Assembly: GCA_963845755.1 (NCBI GenBank)
Contig: CAWJTV010000015.1
Location: 64,001 to 128,000, forward strand
DNA from: an uncultured Planctomycetota bacterium
GTDB taxonomy: Bacteria > Planctomycetota > Planctomycetia > Isosphaerales > Isosphaeraceae
Direction of reading: 5' to 3'
DNA: 64,000 bases
Part shown: positions 22,494 through 34,800 of the stretch, one piece after another
Layout of the letters: every line of letters begins with the position of its first letter
Numbering within the stretch: the first letter of the stretch is position 1
Notes under the pieces: model-generated
Told to the model about the DNA's origin: nothing
What the model saw: the letters and a program-made list of their open reading frames with translations, nothing else
Databases searched by the model: none
Program-made: the position numbers and the translations under genes

Positions 22494-24242
22494 TCACAAC
22501 CGGGGTGTTGGGGGCTTGATCGGGGCCTGGTAGGCGTTCGCGCCTTGGACCTTCACCTTGCGCTTGTAGACGCGATCGCCACAGGTGGCGTACAGGATGT
22601 TGAACTCGGGGCCGCCGAAGCAGAGGTTGGCGATCCGGCCGTTGGGCGTGGGGATGATCGCGTTGACCCGGCCAGGCTGGTCGCAGACCTGGATGCCCAT
22701 CTGAGTCGTCACGTAGAGCCGGCCGGCGCGGTCTACACGAATCCCATCGGCGCCGGCGTAGTCCGCGGTATCGGGCACGTGGAGGTGGTAGTATCTTCTG
22801 CTTGTGGGCCAGCGACCCATCCGGCTGGACCTGGTAGCTGTAGACCCAGTGCGAGCGGCTGTCGGCGACGATAGAGCAGCGTCTGGTCGGGCGAGAGGGC
22901 GATGCCGTTGGGGAACGCGGGATTGTTCCATCCCTTGTCGTCCACAACCCGTTTTTCTCCGGTTGGGCTGATGTACCAGATCTTGCTCGGCTCGTTGCCA
23001 CGGATGGGGTTCGTCGCGTAAATCCCGCCCTGATGGTTGACCACCAGGTCGTTACCATGAAATCCATCCGCAATCACGGTGGGATTGCCGTCGGTGTTGT
23101 ACGCGAGCACCTTATCCTCGGTGACCGCGTAGAGCCGGCCATCCGGCCCGAACGCCTGGCCGTTGGCGTGCTTCGAGTCGGCGACGAACGGAGCTGACCT
23201 TGCCATCCAGGCCGATCTTGTAGGTCTTGCTGTTGGGGATATCGTTGAAATACACCTCGCCCTGGGCGTTGGCGGCCGGTCCTTCGGTGAACCGGTAGCC
23301 GTCGGCCACGAGCGACCAGCCCTCCCCCGGCACGAGGATCTCCTGGAGCTGTTGAGACCCCGCGCCAGCCTTCACCGGCGTCGGCCAGTCTTTCCACAGC
23401 CATCGCATGGCGTCCGGGAAGATCCGCGTTGCGTGCTGCCCGCTGTGTCCACCGGTGCCCCAGTCGTGGTTCACCTCGTAACCGGCGAAGATGAAGGCAC
23501 GCTCCATCTCCTGGTTGGCCATCCACCAATCGCCGCCGTAGATGTTCAGGTCCGAGCTGCCGTCCTGGAGGAAGATCCGGATCGGCTTCGGCTCATACTT
23601 GCGGATGAGCGTCGGATACACGTTGCCTCCGCGTAACCCCACATACGTCCCGATCGCGCTGAAGACGCGGCGGAACGAATCGGGACGCTCCCACGCCGCC
23701 GTGAACGCACAGATCGCCCCGCTGCTGGCGCCCGCGATGGCGCGGTCGTTGCCGTCCTTCGACAGCCGGATCGCCCGGCCGTCGGGCGCGGTCTTGGTTT
23801 CGACCTCGGGCAACAGCTCCTCGAGCAGGAACCGGACGTAGTTGTCGCCAAGTCCGTCGTATTCGAAGCTGCGATTGAAACGGTCCATCGCCTGATTTGT
23901 GGGTGCCTTCACGCGTCCGGGCGTGACGAACACACCGATCACGACCGGCATCTCCTTCTTATGGATCAGCTCATCGAAGACTTTGGGTGCGTTGTACTGG
24001 ATGCCGTCCTGGCAGACGTAGAGGCACGCGGGCTTGGCCGGGTCGTATTGCTTCGGCACGTAGATCCAGTAATCCCGGCCCGTGCCCGGGAAGATCTTGC
24101 TGTGGTCGAACGTGTACTTGGTGACATCGCCCTTCGGCGGGGCGGTCGTCGACTTCGGTTCGTCTCCGTGCAGGAAGCCCCCGTGCAGGAATCCGGAAAG
24201 GGCTAATAGCACGAAGACATTTCGAAGTGTAGCTCGTCGCAT
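22494..24242 (-). CDS. Esterase plus SMP-30/gluconolactonase fusion protein, frameshifted
   Basis: YWIYVP, NRSFEYD, GASSG nucleophile elbow, then FTEGPAAN, PNGIALSPD, ADGIRVD..GRLYV. Confidence 0.9.
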
Positions 24243-24365
24243 GATGAAGTCCCTGGCGAGTCGTCTCGGGCATGGATCATCCGGCAGTGGAGGAAACGAT
24301 TCTAGCCGAGGCGAACCGCGACCGACAGATTGCACCGCCCGATCCGCGCTCGCTTCGATGAGCGT

Positions 24366-26237
24366 TTAATCGGATAGGTACCACGGCACGTTGACGACGA
24401 TGACGCGCCGGAGGCCGCTGAAGAGCAGATATGCCTTGATGACGGCCGCCGTCTGGTTGTGCAGGATGTAATGATACCACTTGGTCCGCGACCAGCTCGG
24501 GGACGATCACGGCGAGATCGCGACCGGGGTGTGCGCGTTGGAGGTCCGCGACCACCTGCATGAGCGGTCCGTAGAGCTGTCGGAACGGAGAGAAGATGAC
24601 GATCAGCCGGGGGGCGGGGACGCCGGCCTCCTGGGCCGGCTGTCGGACGCGCCGGGACCAGGTGTCCTCCAGGTCGAGGACCGTCTGCTCGTCGCCGGCA
24701 ATGTGCAGCACATAGACCTCGGGCGAGATCTTCATCGCGACCCGAAGCGCCTTCCGGGTAATCGCACTCCACCCGCGGATGGGCAACAGTGCGATGGGCG
24801 GTTGCAAGCCCGAGGCATCCAGCGGGGCGTCAGAGACGACCTCGCGGGCCACCGCCGATAATGAACGTGGACTCCGACGAACATCAAGAGCAGTGCGGGG
24901 ACCAGTAAGACGGTGATCCAGGCCCCTTCGGCGAACTTTGAGACCAGCACGACGACCAGGGTCACTGCCGTGCACGCCGCACCAAGACCGTTGATCGCCA
25001 TCGAACGGCCGGAACCCGGACCGCCGACTCTGCGCCAGTGCTCGACCATCCCGGCCTGCGAGAGCGTGAAGGCGAGAAATGCCCCGACGGCGAACAGGGG
25101 GATCAGGCTGTCGGTGATCCCGCGGAAGAGGACGAGCAGGGCACCCGAGAGGCCCGCCAGCACGAGGATGCCTTGCGAGTAGACCAGCCGTCGGCCCCGA
25201 TGGGCGAACCCGTTGGGCAGGTAGCCGTCCTGGGCGATCACCCGGCAGAGCCGCGGGAAATCGGCAAAGCCGGTATTGGCCGAGAGGGCCAGCACCGCCA
25301 GGATCGACGCCGATCGTGACGTAGTAGACCACACCCTTGCCGACGACGGCGGCCACGAGCTGCGACAGGACGCTCTCATACCCATCTGGCCGGGCTCGGT
25401 GGCACCGATGCCGTAGGCCCGGCACAGGTAGGCGATGCCGGCTAACAGGACGCCCAGAAGCGCGATGATCGCCGCCAGGGTGCGCCGGGCGTGGTCAACT
25501 GCCGGCTCGCGGAACGCGCTGACGCCATTGCTGACGGCCTCGACGCCGGTCATGGCCGTGCAGCCACTGGCGAAGGATCGCATCAGGAGCCACAAGGTCG
25601 CCCCCACCGGGACCGAAGGGAGCGCCGGCGGCGGGTCCACCGGCGCCGGATGTCCGCCCGCCGCGACCGATTTGACGAGCCCGTAGGCCAGCACACCCAG
25701 AAGCGATACGACGAACAGGTACGTCGGTGCCACAAATGCGATGCCCGACTCCCGCACACCGCGCAGGTTCACGATCGTGATCATCGCCAGGATGGCCAGA
25801 CACAGCGCGAGCGTGTACTGCTGAAGCGACGGAACGGCCGAGACCAGGGCGCCCACGCCCGCCGAAACGCCGACGGCCACCACCAGGACGTAATCCAGCA
25901 AGAGCGCCGCCGCGGCCAGCAGGCCGGGGCCGATGCCGAGGTTCTCCTTGGCTACGGTGTACGAGCCGCCGCCGTGCGGATAGGCGGCGATCGTCTGCCG
26001 GTAAGAGAAATACACCACTGCGAGCAACACGATGATCAGCGTGGTGATCGGACCGATGTGCGACACGCCGCCTATCCCCAGCGGGATCAACAACGTCAGT
26101 GCGGCCTCGGGCCCATAGGCCGCCGAGGCCAGCGCATCGAGGCCCAGCATCGGAATGCCGGCCAGCACACCCACGCGCTGTTGCTCTTCCTCGAGAGTCG
26201 CCAGCCTGCGGCCGAAAAGCCAGTCGGATAGTCCCAT
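24366..26237 (-). CDS. APC-family permease, KimA/YdaO-like K+ transporter, frameshifted
   Basis: DALASAAYGPE, YPHGGGSYTVAKENLG, MTGVEAVSNG, ANTGFADFPRL, LIPLFAVG, C-terminal cytoplasmic domain (SPFRQL..LHNQ). Confidence 0.85.
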
Positions 26238-26436
26238 GGGATCTCCTCGATCTTCAAAGATCCACCATCTTAACCACCGCCCGGCCAACGCATCCATGGC
26301 CATGACGGACAGTGGCCGGCCAGACCCAACTCGGTGAACTGGCTGGTGGCTGAGACGCTCGATTGTCAGACCGGGATCCAAACACTAGGATCATGATCTG
26401 TCTGGAGCCCTCGATCTACCGACCGGAGCACCGTCG

Positions 26437-27622
26437 ATGGACTTCGCCATCCCCGAACGCATGCAAGATGTCCTGGCGACGATCCGGGAGCTTCTGGAAC
26501 GCGAGGTTTATCCACTCGAATCGGCGCTGATCTCCCGGCCGTTCGCGGAGCTGGTGCCGGCCCTGGCGGCGGTTCGTCGAGAAGTCCAATCGCGCGGTCT
26601 CTGGGCGCCGCAGCTCCCGAAATCGTGCGGCGGGATGGGACTGAGTCTGCTGGAATTCGCCCTGGTCGGTGAGGAGCTGGGCAGGAGCCCGCTGGGGCAT
26701 TACGTCTTCAACTGCCAGGCACCGGACGCCGGCAACATGGAGCTCCTCCGGGAGTTCGGCACGGAGGCCCAGAATACGCAGCTGGTTGATGCCCCTGGCA
26801 CGTGGCGAGTTGAGGAGCTGCTTCGCCATGACCGAGCCGGACTTCCCCGGTTCCAACCCGGTCTGGATGGGAACGCGGGCCGTCCGCGACGCTGACAGCT
26901 ACGTCATCGACGGCCGTAAATGGTTCGCGTCGGCTGCTGACGGTGCGGCCTTCGCGATCGTGATGGCGGTGACCGACCCCGAGGCCGAGCCGCACCGTCG
27001 GGCCAGCATGATCGTTGTCCCGACCGAGACACCGGGGTTTCGTCGCGTTCGCAACATCTCGTGCATGGGACACGCCGGGGACGACTGGGCAAGCCACGCC
27101 GAGCTGGCCTTCGAGGGGTGCCGTGTCCCGTGCGAGAACCGCCTCGGCGAGGAAGGCGCAGGATTCGCCATGGCGCAGGCGCGGCTCGGTCCCGGGCGGA
27201 TCCATCATGCGATGCGCTGGATCGGAGTCTGCCGCCGCGCCTTCGACCTGATGTGCCGCCGAGCGGCGGCACGCCCCCTTGGCCCGGGAGACCGGCTCGG
27301 CAGCCGCCAGGCCGTGCAAGGCTGGATCGCCGAAAGCCTCGCCGAAATCGAGGCCGGCCGACTCCTGGTCCTGCACGCCGCCTGGACGATCGACGCCCGC
27401 GGCATGGACGCCGCTCGCGAGGCCATCTCGCTCGTCAAGTTCCACGTCGCCGGGATCATGCAGCAGGTCGTCGACCGCGCGATCCAGGTCCATGGCGCGC
27501 TGGGAATCAGCGACGATACGGTACTGTCGTGGTTCTATCGTCAGGAACGTGCGGCGCGAATTTACGATGGTCCCGATGAGGTCCACAAGACTGTCGTGGC
27601 CAAACGCATCTTGAAACGCTGA
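26437..27622 (+). CDS. Acyl-CoA dehydrogenase (ACAD10/11- or LvaC-like); frameshift near 26775
   Basis: FNCQAPDAGNME, CFAMTEP, AQARLGPGRIHHAMR, IQVHG, RIYDGPDEVH. Confidence 0.92.
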
Positions 27623-27646
27623 GCCCCCGTCCTCAGGAGGCCGACG

Positions 27647-28714
27647 ATGAGCTTCGCGATCGATGAGGCCGGCCCGGTCCGGGACGGCGAGCAACTGGAT
27701 GTCGAACGCCTCGGTGCCTACCTGACGGCCCACCTACCGGACGCCAGCGGCCCGATCGTCGTGGAACAATTTCCCCATGGGCATTCGAACCTCACCTACT
27801 TGATCCGCCTGGGCGATCGGGAGCTAGTCCTGCGCCGGCCGCCGTTCGCCAATCGGGTCAAGACGGCGCACGACATGGGGCGCGAGTACCGCATTCTTTC
27901 CCGCCTCTGTCGGGTGTACGAGCCGGCTCCATGCCCCGTGCTCTCCTGCGAGGACGAGAGCATTCTGGGCGCACCGTTCTACCTGATGGAGCGAAAGCGG
28001 GGGATCATTCTCCGCCGTCCGCCCTCATCCGATCCAGCGCTAACCCCCGAGACGGTGGGCCGGCTGGGAGCGGCGCTGGTGGACAACCTGGCCCGGCTGC
28101 ATTCGCTCGATTACGAAGCGACCGGCCTGGGGCATATCGGCAAGCCCATTGGCTACGTCGAGCGCCAGGTGACCGGTTGGACCCGACGTTACCGGGATGC
28201 GCAAACCGGTGACCTCGGTGGCCTGGAACGAGCCATGGCCTGGCTGGACGAGAACCGACCGGGTGAGTCGGGATCGGCGCTGGTCCACAACGATTACAAA
28301 TTCGACAACCTGGTGCTCGATCCCGGCGACCTGACGCGGATCGTCGCCGTCCTCGACTGGGAGATGGCCACGATCGGCGACCCGCTGATGGACCTGGGAA
28401 CGACGCTGGGCTACTGGATCGAGCCGGACGACCTGGAGCCGCTTCGCCGCTTCCTGGTCGGACCGACGACGTTGCCCGGCAGCCTGACCCGACGCGAGGT
28501 CGCCGAGCGCTACGGAGTTCAATCAGGCCGCGACGTCTCGAACCTCCTCTTCTACTACGTCTTCGGCCTGTTCAAGATCGCCGTGATCGCCCAGCAGATC
28601 TATGCGCGATACGTTCGGGGAGCGACCCGGGACGCGCGGTTCGCCGTGCTCGGGACGGTCGTCGAAGCGCTGGGGGAACAAGCCACTCGGTCGATCAACT
28701 CGGGGCGATATTGA
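27647..28714 (+). CDS. APH-family phosphotransferase (ACAD10/11 kinase-like)
   Basis: QFPHGHSNLTY, LRRPP..AHDMGREY, HNDYKFDN, VLDWEMATIGDPLMDLG. Confidence 0.92.
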   Translation: MSFAIDEAGPVRDGEQLDVERLGAYLTAHLPDASGPIVVEQFPHGHSNLTYLIRLGDRELVLRRPPFANRVKTAHDMGREYRILSRLCRVYEPAPCPVLSCEDESILGAPFYLMERKRGIILRRPPSSDPALTPETVGRLGAALVDNLARLHSLDYEATGLGHIGKPIGYVERQVTGWTRRYRDAQTGDLGGLERAMAWLDENRPGESGSALVHNDYKFDNLVLDPGDLTRIVAVLDWEMATIGDPLMDLGTTLGYWIEPDDLEPLRRFLVGPTTLPGSLTRREVAERYGVQSGRDVSNLLFYYVFGLFKIAVIAQQIYARYVRGATRDARFAVLGTVVEALGEQATRSINSGRY

Positions 28715-28748
28715 GCCAATCCGGAACATCGTTCTGAATGGAGGCCCG

Positions 28749-30158
28749 ATGCAAGACAACCGGGTGGACACGCATCAAAAAGCGGTACAGGTCAACCTCG
28801 ATAACACGAAGTACGGCACCTTCGCAGAGATCGGCGCGGGTCAGGAGGTGACGCGCTGGTTCTTCCGGGTCGGGGGAGCTGCGGGCACGATTGCCAAAAG
28901 CATCTCGGCTTACGATATGACCGTCTCGGACGCCATCTACGGCGCATCGGGCCGATATGTCAGCCGTCAGCGACTCGAAACGATGCTCGACCACGAATAC
29001 AGCCTCATGACCGAACGCCTCGCCGAGAAGCGCGGCGACAAGACCCGGTTCTTCGTCTTCGCCGACACCATCGCCGCCAAGAGTTATACCCGCAAGGACA
29101 ACTGGCACGGTTGGATGGGGATCCGGTTCCAGAATTACCCCGGTGCAGCGCCGTCTCAGATCCTCCTGCACGTCAGCCTGCTGGATCGCGAGACGACCTT
29201 GCAACAGGAGGCCGTGGGCATCCTGGGCGTCAACCTGATCCATGCGGCACTCTACGAGGCAGACCCGGTGGCCCTGGTGAAGCACCTGCTCGACGGCCTG
29301 TCCGCCGAGCGCATCGAGGTCAACCTGATCGAGTTCTCGGGACCAGCCTTCGCGCGGGTGGACAACCGTCTGATGAGCCTCGAGCTGGTGCACTGCGGCC
29401 TGACTGATGCGGCGATGTTCACGGCCGAGGGGAAGGTGGTCCAGCCGGCGGAGGCATTCTACAAGCGGCCGATCCTGGTCCTCCGCGGACGGTTTCGGCC
29501 AGTGACGAACCACACGGTGGACATGCTCCAATGCGCCCTGGGCCAATTCCGGCAGGAGCCGGCCAATCAGGGCGAGGACATCCTGGTCGTCGCCGAGATG
29601 ACCCTCCGCCACCTCCAACAAGGGGACGCCATCGACGACCAGGACTACCTCGATCGCGTCAACTTGCTCCGGACGCTTGGCCGCGACGTGATGGTCACCA
29701 GCTTCGGCCAATTCTACCGGCTGGCCAACTACCTTCAGCGCCATACCACCAAGCTCATCGGCCTGGTGCTGGGCGTGCCCACTCTCCGCGAAATCTTCGA
29801 GGAGAAGTATTATACGCACCTGGCCGGCGGCATCCTCGAATCGTTCGGGAGAATGTTCAAGAATGACTTGAAGCTTTACATCTATCCGCTTCTGGACCCG
29901 AACGCTGGACTGGCGGCGACCGTTGCGGATTTCCGCGTGGCGCCGAAACTCCAGCACCTCTACAACTTCCTGCTCGAAAACGGCCACATCCAGCCCATCG
30001 ACTGCTACAGGCCCGAATTCCTGGGTATCTCCTCGCGCGACGTCTACCGCAAGCTCAAGGAGGGAGACCCGACCTGGGTCGACGACGTTCCGCCCAACGT
30101 GGCTCTCTTGATCTGTCAGCGCCATCTTCTAGGCTACGATCCCGAGAAGTTCGACTGA
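28749..30158 (+). CDS. Conserved uncharacterised protein with a probable C-terminal HIGH-type nucleotidyltransferase-like domain
   Basis: YGTFAEIGAGQEV, SAYDM..SD.IYG, LRGRFRPVT, ISSRDV...W...VP; soluble, no signal peptide. Confidence 0.7.
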   Translation: MQDNRVDTHQKAVQVNLDNTKYGTFAEIGAGQEVTRWFFRVGGAAGTIAKSISAYDMTVSDAIYGASGRYVSRQRLETMLDHEYSLMTERLAEKRGDKTRFFVFADTIAAKSYTRKDNWHGWMGIRFQNYPGAAPSQILLHVSLLDRETTLQQEAVGILGVNLIHAALYEADPVALVKHLLDGLSAERIEVNLIEFSGPAFARVDNRLMSLELVHCGLTDAAMFTAEGKVVQPAEAFYKRPILVLRGRFRPVTNHTVDMLQCALGQFRQEPANQGEDILVVAEMTLRHLQQGDAIDDQDYLDRVNLLRTLGRDVMVTSFGQFYRLANYLQRHTTKLIGLVLGVPTLREIFEEKYYTHLAGGILESFGRMFKNDLKLYIYPLLDPNAGLAATVADFRVAPKLQHLYNFLLENGHIQPIDCYRPEFLGISSRDVYRKLKEGDPTWVDDVPPNVALLICQRHLLGYDPEKFD

Positions 30159-30203
30159 TGACCTCCGGGCGATGCCCACCCTATTGGAAAGAGAGTTGAA
30201 CTC

Positions 30204-32108
30204 GTGACGATGATGACGACGATGTTGCGAAGATCCGCGACGGCCGCCTGGACGATCGCCGTGGTATGGTTCTCGATTCAGGGAGTTGCCGCGGCACCCG
30301 TCGAGGTTCCGGGTTTCGAAACGACCGAGGCGATGGTCCCGATGCGCGACGGAGTCAAGCTGCACACCCTGGTCTTCACGCCCAGGAACGCGCGAGGCGC
30401 CCTGCCGATCCTGTTCCTGCGAACTCCTTATGGCATCGACAACCGCACTTCGATGTTCCAGACGAGTCTCAAGGAACTGGCCGACGACGGCTATCTGTTC
30501 GCCTTCCAGGATATCCGGGGGAAGTTCCGGTCGGATGGGGAATTCGCCATGATCCGTGCCCCCCGCGACCCGGCCGACCCGAAGGCGATCGATGAGGGGA
30601 GCGACGCCTTCGACACGATCGACTGGCTGATCGGGAACGTCCGGGGTCACAACGGCCGCGTCGGTATGCTGGGCGTCTCATACGACGGTTGGCTGACCGT
30701 CATGGCCTTGCTCGATCCCCACCCCGCGCTCAAGGCGGCATCGCCCCAGGCATCGCCGGCCGATATGTACCTCGGAGACGACTTCCACCACAACGGAGCC
30801 TTCCGGTTCAGCTACGGGTTCGAGTACGTCGCCCGGATGGAGAGCGTCCGCGGCATGAAATTCTTCGAGTTCGATCGGCACGATACGTATGAGTGGTTCT
30901 TGAACCTGGGGCCGCTCTCCGCCGCCAATAGCCGATACTTCCACGAAAAACTGCCGACGTGGAACGACTTCGCCCACCACCCGAACTACGATTCCTTCTG
31001 GAAGAAACAGGCTGTGGCACGCTTTCTGACACGGCCGAAGGTGCCGACTCTCAACGTCGCAGGCTGGTGGGACCAGGAGGATTTCTACGGCCCGCTCAAG
31101 ATCTACGAGACCTGGGAGAAGCAGGACTCCGGTCGCCTGAGCACGGTGGTCGTCGGCCCCTGGAACCATGGCGGTTGGAGCAACGGGATCGGCGATCACC
31201 TCGGTCCGATCAAGTTCGGCGCACCCACGGCCTGGCAGTATCGCGAGAAGATCCAGGTCCCCTTCTTTGCGCACTACCTCAAGGATCGGCCGATCGTTCT
31301 CGACAAGGATCTCGCTGGTAAAAAGTCGGCGGAAAATGGCGATGGCGCCGCGCCGATGTTTTCCCCGAGGTGATCAGCTTCCGGACTGGGGACAATGCCT
31401 GGAAGTCGTACGACCAGTGGCCGCCCCGAGAGGCCTCGACGCGCCGGCTCTACCTCCGGGAAGGAGGCCGGCTGGCTTTCGAGGCTCCGCCAGACGCAGA
31501 GCTGAAATTCGATGAGTACGTCTCCGACCCCGCTCGGCCCGTGCCCTACTATCCCCGACCGATCTCGCCGCTGTATGCGAATCGCCAGTGGACTGAGTGG
31601 CTGGTGCAGGACCAGCGGTTCGTCCACCTTCGCCCCGACGTGCTCAGCTACGAGACCGAGCCGCTAGCGAACGACGTCGACGTCGTCGGCCCGGTCGTGG
31701 CGCAGCTCTTCGCGTTCGACCACCGGGACCGATGTCGACTGGATCGTCAAACTGATCGACGTCTATCCCGAAGACCGCAACGAGCCACTGGCCGGTTACC
31801 AGCTCATGATCGCAAACGAGGTCTTCCGCGCGCGGTTCCGCAAGAGCTTCGAGCAGCCCAAACCCCTTGTTTCCGGAGAGGTCGAGCATTATCCCATCGA
31901 CCTCCACTGGACCGATCACCGCTTCAAGAAGGGGCACAAGATCATGGTTCAAATTCAGAGTACCTGGTTCCCCTTGATCGATCGCAATCCTCAGAAGTTC
32001 GTCGCCAATATCTTCGAGGCCATCGCGTCGGACTACATCGCCGCGACCCAGCGCGTCTATCGGACTGCCGAACGCGCGACGCACATCGAGCTGCGGATCG
32101 TACCTTGA
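30204..32108 (+). CDS. CocE/NonD-family (alpha-amino acid ester hydrolase-like) serine hydrolase, frameshifted
   Basis: MRDGVKL, RTPY, QDIRG, GVSYDG, GDDFHHNGAF, WDQED, GPWNHG, VQIQSTWFPLIDRNPQ. Confidence 0.92.
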
Positions 32109-32268
32109 TTCGACCGATCCGGAATCGGTTGCGGTCTCGGGACCCATTCGAGAATTGCCGGAGGAGCACGTTGACCCTCGACGGGGGCGGAGTTACAATC
32201 GGGACAGCGATAGACATCTTGAATGCACCGATGAACTTTTCGCCACTGAGATTCAAGGGGGGCTCGAT

Positions 32269-33951
32269 ATGCGGTCCCGAATCAGGTTACCCGAGTGCAG
32301 TGTCAGAGGTTGGTTGCTGGTGGGTCTGGCGGCCTGCGTGACCTGGAGCGGTGCGACAGCCGCGGCCGAACCAGACGTTCCCGAAGGGATGCTTGCTCAG
32401 GGCCGCGACCTGTTCACCCGGGAATGGCTGCCCGGCGATCCGGGGAGCCATTCGGGCGATGGCCTCGGACCGGTTTACAACGATACTTCCTGCGCGGCCT
32501 GCCATAATCAGGGTGGGGTCGGAGGGGCCGGGTCGAGAAGTAAAAACGTGGACTTCCTTGCGGCAATCGTGACCCCCGTCGAGGGCGAGTCCAGGTTCCG
32601 GAACGACGAGATTTCGCGGATGGTTCGGCAGATGAGCGCCCTCCAGTCCCAATCGAAAGGGGCCCAGCCCGTCAAGCCGCGGGCCAAAGGCGAAGATCCC
32701 GACCGTGGTCCGCTCCTGAAGCTGCATCGCGGGTTTCGTGACGCGTCGAGCTTGGTCCTGCATCGCTTCGGACCAGGCACCAACTACCAGGCATGGCGGG
32801 TGGGGATTCTGAACCCGATGATGAACGATATACTCCAGCCGGCGTTCTCGCTCATCGGTCCATCGATCGAGGAAAGCGCGATCGTGTTCAGTGTGGATCG
32901 ACACCTGGCTTCGTTGCCGATGGAGCACGGACATTTCACTCTGGTCCAGTCGCAGCTCAATCCGCCTCCCCTCTTCGGCGCGGGCCTGATCGACAAGGTG
33001 CCTGATGCCGACCTGGAAGCCGCGGCGGCGTCACCGGACCCCAGGTTCTTTGGGATCCAGGGCCGGGTCTCGCGCCTGGCGGACGGACGGATCGGGCGGT
33101 TCGGCTGGAAGGCCGAGCATGCGTCCCTCCACGGGTTCGTGCTCACGGCCTGTGCGGTGGAACTCGGCCTGGAAGTGCCCGGCCGGCATCAAGGCATCAA
33201 GCCCGATGATCCCGACTATCATTCGCCGGGGCTGGACTTATCTCAGGAGGAATGTAACGCGCTGGCCGCCTTCATCAGGAATCTCCCCGCGCCGGTCCAG
33301 CGGCGGCCGGCGACCCAGCGCGAGATGGAGGCGATCCAATCCGGCCGAGCGTCCTTCGACCAGATCGGCTGCGCGGCATGCCATCGGCCGAAGCTCGGTC
33401 CGATCGATGGCATTTACAGCGATCTCTTGCTGCACGACATGGGCGAGTCGCTCAGCAACAGTGCCTCGTACAGCTCGGTCCTTCCCGATCCTGCCGAGGA
33501 GCAGGGGCCCCTGGCCGACGCCGATTTCCCGGCCGGCCCTGATGCGTTCGCCGGAGAGCCGCAACGGGCCCGATTGCCGTTGAGGCGGGAATGGCGTACG
33601 CCGCCATTGTGGGGCCTCCGCGACTCTGCGCCCTACATGCACGATGGCCGCGCCGAGACATTGGAGCAGGCAATCGTCCTCCACGGCGGACAGGCAGAAT
33701 CGGTCAAGAGCCGCTATTTCAGACTCCGACCCGAGCAGCGGCTCGCTATGCTACTCTTCCTGAAGTCCCTCCTCGCTCCTTCGACCGAGGCGCAGCGCCG
33801 TGCGTCCTCCTCTTCCAGACATACCAGTCCATGGACCGATCTTCAGTGCCGAGTAGATCCGCAGAAGCAAGGTCCGGCGCGGACCTCAGGTTATCCGAAT
33901 TGTCGTCTCCGTCCGCCGAAACACCGTCCTATCCTCAGGTTGGCAGTTTAA
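32269..33951 (+). CDS. Di-heme oxidoredictase (DHOR)-family secreted protein
   Basis: GDGLGPVYNDTSCAACH, PPLFGAGLI, GRFGWKA, CAACH, YSDLLLHDMG, WRTPPLWG, YMHDGRA. Confidence 0.9.
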   Translation: MRSRIRLPECSVRGWLLVGLAACVTWSGATAAAEPDVPEGMLAQGRDLFTREWLPGDPGSHSGDGLGPVYNDTSCAACHNQGGVGGAGSRSKNVDFLAAIVTPVEGESRFRNDEISRMVRQMSALQSQSKGAQPVKPRAKGEDPDRGPLLKLHRGFRDASSLVLHRFGPGTNYQAWRVGILNPMMNDILQPAFSLIGPSIEESAIVFSVDRHLASLPMEHGHFTLVQSQLNPPPLFGAGLIDKVPDADLEAAAASPDPRFFGIQGRVSRLADGRIGRFGWKAEHASLHGFVLTACAVELGLEVPGRHQGIKPDDPDYHSPGLDLSQEECNALAAFIRNLPAPVQRRPATQREMEAIQSGRASFDQIGCAACHRPKLGPIDGIYSDLLLHDMGESLSNSASYSSVLPDPAEEQGPLADADFPAGPDAFAGEPQRARLPLRREWRTPPLWGLRDSAPYMHDGRAETLEQAIVLHGGQAESVKSRYFRLRPEQRLAMLLFLKSLLAPSTEAQRRASSSSRHTSPWTDLQCRVDPQKQGPARTSGYPNCRLRPPKHRPILRLAV

Positions 33952-34005
33952 GGATCTTCGGTCGGCCCAGCGGCAAGGTCAGGAGACCCTGTCTCACCGT
34001 CCTGG

Positions 34006-34800
34006 GTGCACTATTATCAAGCCGCAGCGAGGCGATCCATGAGACGGCTCGGGATACTCGAGATCTCGGTCCTGCTCAACGTGGAAATGACCGGCGATTA
34101 CCGATTCGGCAATGGATTCGTCTACGAGCATCTTCTGGTCAGCTTACCGGGACGGTATCAATATGGCTGGCACAGCGACGTGCACCATCCTGACGATCCG
34201 CACGACCGGGACTGATACCAGAGTCAGGGCACATGCTCGGAGGTGGACGGCGTGCTGCGGCTGGTGCCCGAGGGGCCGATCTCCTCGGACCTGCGGCACT
34301 CGATCGGACACGACTTCCTCCCGATCCGGTGGGAGAAGCGGTGTTACTTGATTCCCGAGAAGGAACAGCTGGTCTTCTGTAGCCTCGTCAACCAGGGAGT
34401 CTTTCCGCACTATATGCGGAGAGGTCCGTTTTCCATGGGCGATTCTGAACGCCCGAAAGGCGTCCCGGAGGTCCCCCCCGAGTGGGCTCCGTTCCTGCTC
34501 CAGAAGCCGGTGAATGGGACGATCACCAAGATCCTGTCCGATTCCAACGCGATCATGAACCTCGGCGCCAGGGACGGAGTCCGGTCGGGAATGGAGTTCT
34601 TGCGGAAAAAATGGCATCCCTGGACTGTGAAGGTTCTCTTCACGGAGACCGATCGATGCATCATCCGGATCAAGACAGGTAAACCAGGGACGATTCCTGA
34701 CGCTACGTTCGAACCGGGCCACATGTACCCCGGGTTGCGGCCACTCGAGGTGGGAGAGATCATCTCGTCCCGATCCTCGGACCAGAAGTCGAATCGCTAA
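34006..34800 (+). pseudogene. Hypothetical protein with an in-frame TGA at 34213-34215
   Basis: ORFs 34006..34215 and 34243..34800 share a frame and are separated by one stop codon; the true start is uncertain. Confidence 0.5.

Noticed and set aside
34213..34215. Selenocysteine or read-through at an in-frame TGA
   Set aside because: No redox motif context and no evident SECIS; a TGG>TGA change or sequencing error is simpler.
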